45,475 nucleotides of DNA from Guillardia theta CCMP2712 (taxonomy: Eukaryota > Protista > Cryptophyta). The stretch is from the NCBI RefSeq assembly GCF_000315625.1, contig NW_005434650.1, positions 229,507-274,981 on the forward strand. The letters are read 5' to 3'. A program made the translations under genes and the position numbers. Below the pieces are notes generated by a model. That model was not told where the DNA came from, searched no databases, and saw only the letters and a list, made by a program, of their open reading frames with translations. Positions 21,871 through 31,700 of the stretch are shown here, piece after piece (position 1 is the first letter of the stretch; the number at the start of each line of letters is the position of its first letter).

Positions 21871-23023
21871 TCATACATTCCTCCTAGCTCGTTCACTGTC
21901 TGCTCTTGCGACCTCCTCTCTTGACAGCTTTTTTTCTTCCTCCTTCTTCTTCCTTAGGTTGATTTTCTCCTGGGCGCACGTCAGGCAACGCGTTGCATGC
22001 GGACGGTTGTTAGAGAACCTCTTCTGCTATCCTTCTTGCCAGCTCCTCGTCGGCCGCTACAATCTCCTTTTGCTTGTTCTCGGAATCTAGAATCTCTTGG
22101 ATGGCCCGTTGACTCGCTTCTTCAGCCTCTTTGTTCTTCCGGTGTCTCTCCTCAATCTCCTTTAGAAGCTTTATCTGCTCCATGATCTGATCTTCCTGCC
22201 CAGCTTCTTGTGCTGAGCTCCCAGCTTCCGCTGCCAGGATGGACTTGATCGTCATTTCGCTCTGCTCCTGCTCCTCTTTGGATCGAAGCAGCCATTCTTC
22301 CCTCCCCGGCGCCATGGCTCTCGCAGCTTCTTCGTACTCCTTGCCGATCACTCCGTATGGCACCATCTGTGCGTCTCGAGAGCGCTTCTCAGCGAAGACG
22401 TCGTCCTCCAAAGGTCTCTTCCTGCTCAGTTCTTCGATGTTGACGTCTGTGAACAGGCTCTTGGGTGTAGTGGTTCGAGTGAACTAAAGGAGGAAGGAAT
22501 CAGCTTTCATCATGGTGATTATGTTGAAGAAGCAAGTCACACACCCACTAACTCATCCTTCTCTCCTCGTCACGCAGACAAGACTTGCTCATCGCAAAGG
22601 CAGCCCTCCCTCCCTCCCTANNNNNNNNNNNNNNNNNNNNNNNNNNNNNNNNNNNNNNNNNNNNNNNNNNNNNNNNNNNNNNNNNNNNNNNNNNNNNNNN
22701 NNNNNNNNNNNNNNNNNNNNCCCTACCCTCCCTCCCTCCCTCCCTCCCTCCCTCCCTCCCTCCCCTCCCCTCCCCTCCCCTCCCCTCCCTCCCTCCCTCC
22801 AACTCACTTTGAATGTTGACCGGCATGCTGGACACTTGTCTTCGCACCCGACTCGCTCCTTGTCGTCCTTCAGCTCCTCCAGCAGCTTGATCTGCTTGAG
22901 AGCACATGCACCGCAGTAGAGCAGTGTTGCCTTGCATGCTGACTGCTTGCACCCGCTGAACTTCTTCGCGCTCGTCGCCTCCCCCAGCGCCATCATGCAG
23001 ATGCTGCATCGTGCTCCCGCCAT
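21871..23023 (-). CDS. RING-finger (C4C4-type) E3 ligase with C-terminal coiled coil bearing MIU/UMI-like ubiquitin-binding motifs
   Basis: Exon 1 (23023-22808): CSIC..CKQSAC..CGAC..CPACR, i.e. 8 Cys with RING-like spacing and the terminal CPxCR. Exon 2 (22484-22019) contains EQSEMTIKSILAAE, EASQRAIQEILDSE and ADEELARRIAEE. The last exon contains ADSERARR. Stop TGA 21871-21873, unless a further intron starts there. Confidence 0.78.
22621..22720. other. Assembly gap (100 N) inside a (CCCT)n-filled intron of the RING gene
   Basis: Run of N flanked by CCCT/CCCCT repeats on both sides. Confidence 0.99.
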
Positions 23024-23456
23024 GAATCCCCTATCACCCACCCTACCTTTCAATGGTAAATATACCCCTACCCACTTTGATATAGTCACAACGATATCTC
23101 AGTGAGGGTCCAACCCCTACCCCTACCCTACTCCTCAAATCATCAAGATCTACCCCTCCATACATTTGTCTAAAGCATGGGTGGGGTTGACAGTGACTCC
23201 CACCGTCAGGTTTGAGTGTCCAGACCGGCCGGCCGGGCCGGGGCCCCTTGCCACCGGGGTGACTCCACAGGCTGCCAGTGACCGCCGCGGTGAAGCCTCG
23301 GAAGCCACTGACCCGGGCGTGCCAGACTGAGAGATTCACTGTCAGTCTCAACGGTGACATATGGTTCATTGACATAGATATAGATTCAAAGGTACTAATA
23401 CATCGGGCAGCTCGCCTACTCAGGCCTCCGATTCGGTTACGAAATTAACGGTGAAA

Positions 23457-26400
23457 TTAATTGTTAGACGAGGAGGATGGGAGGCGGGCGCAAGCCGCCG
23501 GGTCCTCCTCAGAGCCACTCGCCTTACTGTTGCCAGCTTCGTCGACTGTCACGGGCAAGTGAGTCTCTCCTCCCTCCCCGGTTCTCTCCCCCCCCCCTCC
23601 CTCCCTGCTCTCTCTTTTACCTATCCTCAGCCGTGCACAACACAGGGACTCCAGCGCTTCCAGCCGCACGCGAAACTCCTCCAGCTCCTCGTCTGCCTCC
23701 CTCCTCTCCCGTTCGACACTGGCAGAAGGAGCGATCACCCAAGGCAGAGCATGAAGAGGACTTACCTTCGCAGAAGGGAGAAGAAGAGGGCCTTGTAGTC
23801 TACCCCATCCTCATGCGTCGTGCGGCTGCTACTTCGCTTCATCCTGTCCACCTGCCCGTCTTCTTCACCTCCCTCCTTGTGCACTTCCATCCTCTCCGCT
23901 TCTCCTTCCGCGTTCTGGGATCGCCTTGCAGCAGCCTCTCCCCCTTGTACGTCCCTCGTCTGGTTGATCGGCGGCAGGTGCTGCTGCTGGACACCGGACG
24001 GTTCAGAAATCTCCGATGCCTCCTCCTTGGTCGACGCCTCCCCCGTCTTAGCTCCGATGCTCACACTCGCTCCCATCCCCTCGCCCTCATCAGGTTCTCT
24101 GCGTTCATCGACGGAGCTTGAGGTCACGGCATCCACCGAGCTCACTTCGTACGCGTACAAGGATCGCCCGGTCATCTGACTCACCGTCCCCAGCAGCAGC
24201 ACGTTGTCCAACAGCTTGGGATGAGCCTCCATGTCTCTGATCTCTGAGATCTCCTGCACGCTTGCTCTCCTCTCACTGAACCCGGAGGCCTTGGTCCCTT
24301 CCTTTCTCTCTGCCTGGCCCTCCCCCTGCCCCACCTCCAGCTGCGACTGACTTTCCGACTCCTGCATCCCTCGTATCCTCGTCAACTGCAGCGTCGAGGA
24401 GCCTTTCTCCAGCCCGCCCGAGGTGGTTCTTGTTTCGAGCTTCAGCCCTCCCTCCTGCCCTGCTGGGATGCATTTGATTCGCAAAGAGAGCTTCGAGTGC
24501 TTCCCGCGGTATCCTTTCACAGATGACTTGAGCTCTCTCAGTTGTTCGTCAACCTGCGTCTCAAGGTCACTCCTCCTCCTCCTCCTCCTCCTCCTCCTCC
24601 TCGTCCTCGTCCTCCTCCTCCTCCTCCTCCTCCTCCTCCTCCATCATTCTGATTATCATCCTCATCAAATCAACATTAGCATCTCCCTCTTCATCGAGTT
24701 CTGCATCTTCTCGATCCTCTCACGGTGAGGTACCTTTAAAATGTGTAGCGTCATGGACACATCTTGGGTCGTCCCTGTCTCTCTGCACTGCCTCACGATG
24801 TCACGGATGTCCACGTTGACTCTGAGCAGAACCGAGTGAGAAGCGAAAGCAAGGCAGAGGCCTGACTCACCTTCCCACCACCTCATCATCCCCAACCAGG
24901 TCGTGATCCCACACAGTGATGCTGATTTGCATTGACGACTCGTACATGGGGAAGAGGAAGGTTTCGTTCCACTTAGGGTCGAACGAGCTGTAAACCACTG
25001 AAGTCTGGAAGACGCGTTTGCTCGCCTCCTGCCGGGAGCCCAACCAGATCTTGCAGTAGGCATCGACCTTCCCGAAGAAGGCGTCCATCTTCGGGAGCTC
25101 CGAGGCCTCGAGCACCTCCAGCAGCACGATCCCGTTATTGAGGGCGCTCGCTCGGGCTCCCTGGATCACTCTCCTCACGTACTTCATCAGCCTCGACGCC
25201 TTGGCTCGCTTCATCCTTCGCAGGACGACCTCCAGGTCCGGGTCGCGCTTCTGGATCTGATACAACTTGTCTCTTTCTAGGATGAAGAGCACGCACCACG
25301 TGCGCGTAATTGCAGTCGACAGCCTCGCGTCGCTTGTTAAGCAGTTCTCTCCGAAGCACGTGCTCGCGCTGTGGCGATTGACCCTCCATGAGAAAGTACG
25401 AGCATCGGAGGAGATGTTAGCTACCCACTCTCCTGACAGATCACTCTCTTCTGACAGAACAGTGTTCTCGATCTTGCGAACTCCATGTTCCTTCTTCGCC
25501 TTCTCCGTCATCAACAACATATTGAGTTCCACCTCTCCTGAGTGTAAGAAATACATGCAGTTTCCCAGCTGCCCTTCCCTGTACAGCACTTCACCTGGAG
25601 AGACCTGACAAAAGCAAACACATGAGCCTTGAGGCGCGAGGAGCAGGAGGCAAGCTCAACCTGTATGGGCTTCAGGACGAGGGCGAGCTCCATTAGGGAC
25701 TGCTCAGGGAGGCCCTTGAACATCTTGAAGCTCTTCAAGTGCTCACTGTAGACCGCTGAGACAATCTCTCTCAGCATCGTCCTCGAGAGCTCCTCCTTGG
25801 CAAACTCCGGCAAGCTGGCGAGAGGCTTGGTGTACTTGTAGTTCTTGTAAGCTCGGATTTTCTGCCGCAGGTAAGTCGGGAGGTTTTCTCGGTGCATGAA
25901 GTCCTCCCACACTGCCATAGACTCCTTGTACCTCAACTGTCTCGGGTTGATCTTGTTGATCAGGGTGGCCATGTTTCCCACCATATAACTGAAAGCTGCT
26001 CCTCCTTCGATCAGCACGAGAATGGTGAAGACAACTTCCGGGGTTGTCTTGGGAGTGATGTCACCCCACCCCACAGTTGTCAATGTGGTGATTGTCCAGT
26101 AGAACGAGACTACATATTGCTGCCACATCTCCATGTCGTGTACGGGATACAGACCACTCCGCCCACCTGCATGTTCAGTATCAACACAGGGAAAGCTCAA
26201 AGAGCATCGTGCACGCATCAGGTCTCACCTACTACTGCATACAGCTCCTTGTCGACCGTCCACGATTGTGTGGATTGATCGAGAAAGATTTCACCCAGGA
26301 AGAAAGCGACGCATGCATTATAATGCAAGATGATAAGCATGAGTGCTATGAACTGCAACAATCTTAGGAGGCCGGGGTTGATGGACAGGCGATCTTTGAT

Positions 26401-27424
26401 CTGCTTCAGCGTCAACATGCAGAGATCAGACGAAGAGCATCAGATTGAACCTTCATGAGAAAAACTCTCATCCGCGACATCCTCAGCAATCGCACCAGAC
26501 GAACAAGGCGAATGAGCTTCAGCATCTTTGGGCTGCGGAAGACACCGTTCGGACCAATGTTACCCTGACCGTCACAGAACGAGAGGAGGATCAAATCGAA
26601 AGGAATCGAAGAGACAATGTCAATAAACAAGACACCCTTAGCGTATCTCCGAGCAATTGCCATCCAATTCGTCACAAGCTCCACCTCGCCGGTGTCCGGC
26701 TTTTTGTCTAGGAACGCTGTTCGAAAGGTAACCGGGACATCAATCATGAAGATAAGGTCCATCGCAAAGTCCACGTAAAAGATTGTGTCCTGCTTCAAGA
26801 AACTTGACTCACAGCTTGAGGCATTCTCGAACGCTATCCGCAAAGGAATAACGATCATATTCCATACCAGGAGCAGCATGATTATGATATCCCATGCCAA
26901 GCGCATATTTGCGAAAGGATGAAAAATGAGGAAGGGCAGAGGAGTTTTCATGATATCTGAAGATGTATGATTCGGCATGTACTCAAAGAGCCTGTCACAT
27001 GAACTTCAGGTTACCGGCTGCAAAACATTTGCCCTTACTTCGTAGCAGATCCACGGTACAGTTTCAGATCGCAGCCTACGTCAAGAAGATGACCTTGAAT
27101 CCTTTCCAGAGCCTGTGATAAGGGAGAATCACAGAACGAAAGAGAGTGAATTGTTCTGCCAGAAGAAGCAGTCGCTCAATACCTCGCTGTGCGCTCTGGT
27201 TTCCTTGCTTTTTCGCTTCATCTTCATTGTTGCCTGGAACCTTGTGAGAACCACACCCAATGAGGCAAGAGATAACTCACAGAGAAGATTGTAGATAAAA
27301 AATTCATCGGATTCTTGGCTTCTCCCTCCGTTTCCTTTGGCTGGCCGCCACCAGATACGCCATCCTCAGGTTGGTTGGTCATGATCCGACCTGAAGCGAA
27401 AAGAGGCTCAGAGCTTGCCAGCAT
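23457..27424 (-). CDS. Six-TM voltage-gated cation channel of the cyclic-nucleotide-binding-domain superfamily (KCNH/HCN/CNG-like) with C-terminal C2 domain, multi-exon
   Basis: S1 IFHPFANMRLAWDIIIMLLLVWNMIVIPLRIAF; S2-S3 DLIFMIDVPVTFRTAF..FIDIVSSIPFD; S4 KMLKLIRLVRLVRLLRMSR; S5 LHYNAC; pore SFYWTITTLTTVGWGDITP; C-linker FMHRENLPTYLRQKIRAY; CNBD GEVLYREGQLGNCMYFLHSGEV..FGENCL..R; C2 LEVLEASELPKMD..VDAYC..DPKWNETFLF..VWDHDLVGDDEVVG. ATG 27424, stop TAA 23457-23459. Confidence 0.92.
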
Positions 27425-28715
27425 GAAACAGGTAGCAGAATCTCAAATCATTTGGTGTGGTGGTCTGGTCTAAATTTTGCGATGATTGATACACCTCAAA
27501 AAAATTCGTGGCCAAACAAGCTCCCCTCTCCATCTCCTCGCTGCTTCCATTCAATCAGTATCTTTTTGCAATACATCTGCAGCGCCAACAAGCATGGCGC
27601 TTCCTTGCATGACATACTTCTTTCTTTCAGAGACCGAAGTATTCACATCTGATGGCATTCTGAACTTGCTCTTACTTCCTCCTTCTCCCTCTCTTTCCCC
27701 GCCTCCTCTTCATTGTGCTCCCTGTACGTTCCCGAAATGCTCTGAGTGCATTTCCAACGCCCAACACCACCCCCTCAAACCTCCAGCATATGGGGGGTTG
27801 GGGTAGATAAGTTGAGTTTCCAAGTCAAGTCGTACCGGTGTTCTACAGTACAGGAGGAGGTAGGGGTACATCAAGGACCTGGTAGGGTACTTCATCTATG
27901 AGTGTACCGGTACTGACCCTGTGGAGGGATGGATATTTTCAATGGAGGGTATCCACTAGGGGGTGGGGTGGTCCTGCGATGGTGGTATGGACACTTGGCA
28001 GTAAGGTAGTAAAGTGATCCAGGGCAACCTAGGGGGTAGGTAGGGGAACATTGAGAAGGTGGGGGTGGATCATGTTGACTAAGTACGGGTACTTTGGAGG
28101 GGAGAAGCAAGGGAAACTGAGGGGTCATGAAAAACGGGGGTATAATCGGTCGAGGGGGCTCCTACTAAGTTTTACTTAACTTTGAGTAATGCGGTGACAT
28201 GAGAGTTGATCGGTGATGGTCCTGCCCGGCCCGGACTCAAGGTCGGTCCAACACCGTGGGGTCTGGTGCCGAGTCATGGGTCAGGGGGTAGGGTGGATTA
28301 CTTGGTAGGCAAACTAGGGGGTATTGGAAGGGAAGTTAGGGGGTACTATTGGTACAATCGGTGGGTCAGACTATGAGGGGTAGGTGGTCCAGCACCCGTG
28401 ACTTTCCCTACGTTCAATGGGGTAGAAAGAGCTGGAGGGGGTAGTCGTGGGGGTGGGGAATCGGGCTGCAGGGGGATATGGCGGCGGATGGAGGAAATGA
28501 CAGGAAGAGGGAGGAGAAGGAAGAGGGGAAGAGAAGAGAGGAGAAGAGATAAAGGAAGCGAAGGGAGACTGAGAGGAGGTCAGAGTTGGAGAGCTCAGAT
28601 TGGGTCGCTGAAGGGCAGCTCAGGGACGGGAAGACAGTAAACTATCAAGATCGGAATGGGCAGGCGCATACTCGGAATTGCACCCAAGGGCCGATGAACT
28701 GCTGGATCTCATAGG
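27425..28715. promoter_or_regulatory. Divergent promoter region (channel / PA200) with GGGTA-rich array and CCGG/GACTC block
   Basis: Lies between head-to-head ATGs. GGGGTA/GGGTAG motifs at 27790-28460 and cccggcccggactca at ~28225. Function inferred from position only. Confidence 0.55.
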
Positions 28716-31700
28716 ATGGACAGTGAAATAATGGAGGTGATCGATACCTCCATCAATATAAATGAGATTCTGCCGGGATGGCTGGAAGTTTCCAGCCATG
28801 AGTCGAGCTCCCGTGCTGATGACGGCTGCGCTGATGAGCGGACATATCACACCCTTGGTCGAGATGTCATGTTGGACCGGGCACAGGAGATTGTGGATGA
28901 GATGGAGAATGGTATTGCCCAGAAAGACTATCACCTTCGAACAAGAATTGCAGCTCACAGCTTGAAAAGACATCTGGATTTGAAAAGATCCATTACGCGT
29001 GAGGCATGCAGCAAGGCAGTGAAGCTCCTGTACGCAGTGATCACTGACACGCAGGATCTTGATCAGATCTTGATCAGGAACTTTGCTAAATTGGCCTGTC
29101 GAATCTTGCAGCGCAAAGATCTACAACCGCTCAGCATCTCACTCCCATGGTTCCCATTGTACAGGCTTATGGACCTGTTCTTCTTTGGGAAAGCAAGAAC
29201 TCCACAGATTCCTCTTTGCCGAAACCTCGGGCATTACTTGGTTTCGTTGGCTAGACACTCAAGGCGCTACTTTGATGCTTCCTGTAATCCTGAAATTTTC
29301 AAAGAATTTCGACCCATGTGCTGCCCTCAGGATATGTCGGTCCTGAAGTCCCAGGCATTCCTGGCCTTGTTGATACGCAGAGATCTTCCAGATGCACTTG
29401 ATTATCTGGAAGAGATGTTGTCTATGTGGAGTTGGATTGTGACGTACTCTGATTGGGACTTGCACTGGTTACAAGCAATAGCGAGTATCTGTCGTCATAC
29501 GTACAAAGAGCATGCTTCTCGATGGATAAAGCACATTCCATTGATATATGCTCATGTTCTCCACTTGCTTGACATTCCCGTTGGCCCTTCTAGAATTCGA
29601 CTGTATGAGAACAAGGAGTCAAGCATATCATACAATGATGGCTATCCAATGTGCTCTCTGTCAGTCTTTGTCCACAAGGGTGAGACGAGATCCAAATCTC
29701 TACAGATTGTGAACAAAGCAGCCAAACTTTTGATCTATCTTATGTATCCACGTGAAGGCTTTGACAATTGCTCGGATATTGAGCATGATCCGATGACTTA
29801 CTTGAGGCGTTTGGCAAAGGGCATTGAGACTTTCCTACATCCTTCAAATGGTGGTTACTGGACGAGACGACTGTCTCAGTTGATCGCCTCCCTGTGTGAA
29901 CATCTCTTTGATCGTGTCACAAACGAAAGGATGGACGAGACGGATCAGAAGTTTGCCCTGAAAAAGTCAGACATATCTGAGTTTGTGGATATTATCAAAC
30001 CTCTTGCTTTTCAAGGCCTGTATTCCAAGAGCAGTACCACAGTTATGCATTCATGTACAGCGTTGAAGATGCTTTCGCTCCTGGATGCCGATGCAACTCT
30101 ACCCCCCTTGCTTGACAGATTGTATCAAGCTCTAACAACGCTGACTGAAGTACACCAGACTTCAGCTGCTCTTGACGCTCTGTCAGCGGTCATACATCCG
30201 ACCTTGCAAATTCAGAATTTCTCAGCTGGGATCGGTCACATACCATCACTTTTGAACCTCACTTTGACAGGGATAGATACTAATGACATGAGAAAGACTT
30301 GGTCGACACTTCGGTTTTACACTATTCTTCTCTCAGGATTACCTCTTGTGCGTGAATTCTTCCCCTGTGTGACAACCCGCCAACTGATTTTCCTTCTAGA
30401 TCCCGATCACTGACGAAGCGCCTCCACCTGGTCTTGACTTGACAAGACATGAAGAAGCTCGTCAGACGACGGACATGCTCATGGATTGGGCGTTGCGCTT
30501 TCTTGATCAAACCTTTGTGTTTATCCTGCACCAAGGAGCACATGCCCACGGGGAGGCGGATGTTGGGAATGTCAACAAAGGAGATAGCGAGTCACGGACA
30601 TCGGAATATTTGTTTCAGTGTGCTCTAGAAGTCTTCTTCATGCAGATGGGTGAAAGTTTGTATGACAGTGCAGTGAACAAGGTAAAAACAAGTCTCGTCT
30701 CCAAGAGAGGAACTGATCAGTTTCTCTTGCAAGGTCGCGAATTTTTGTTTTACGAATCTCTTGTCACATCAGCAAGGCCAACTCGGGGTTCTGCTTACTG
30801 CAATTACGGCTGTGAATCCAACGCTTGTTGTTCGAAAGGTGTCGAGATTATTTCTCTGATTGTTTTGTTTTGTGACGACTCTGTCGTAATAGTTTGTTCC
30901 AATCTGTCTTCGGATTCTTTTGGAGAGCCCGAAGTGGACGCCTAAGTCGCACAGAGCAGCTCGGACTCCTTCCATGACTTCCCCGTCCGACTTGAGGTCC
31001 CCTGGAGCTCAGTGGAGTCCTTCTCGATGGAAGGGGCAGCTCGAACGACAATCGTCCTCATCCGACCAGGAGCCTTTTTCAATACAGGATGACTTCACCT
31101 TGCCGAGCCACTACGATGAGATGGGTCCATTCAGACTCGCCGGTGCTGCCTGTTGCTGTCCTCCATCTCGTTGACTTTAAGTGCAGCCTTGTCTGACACT
31201 GAGCTGATATACTACATGAGCATTCTACGCCACATCATCGTGGATGCCGGGTGTGAAGTTCTTGTTTTTCGTCGTCAAATAGAAGCTGTCATCGAGTTGG
31301 GCTTGAAGGTGAAAGCTCTAACAAAGCGTGACAATTGTTTGTCATCTACATCGCCCTACCTTACATTTCCCATTGATCTGCGTTTGAATCATTTCGAATC
31401 AGGTTGAAGAACGCCCCGGGGTGAAATCACGCAAGGTGGAGTTTGTTTGTCATTGTGGTTGCTATAGAATTCACAAATGCACAGGTTGTTAAAGCAGCGC
31501 TACATTTGCTCAGATGTCTTCTACAGTCGCTTGTTACATTCCGACCCAAAGTAGACCCTTGTTTTACCTTTCGCGTTTGGTGATGGTGTGATTGCTTTCT
31601 ATAGGATTGTCGATCTGTGCCATCGGAGGTTTGGAATGATCCGGTATGGAGACGATCGCATTACGTTTCTTGGGGAGAAGCCCTGTATCTCAAGGACGTA

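Noticed and set aside
23113-23131. (CCCTA)3 as a true telomere or chromosome end
   Set aside because: Only three units, internal to a gene-dense region; treated as part of the intergenic GGGTA motif family.
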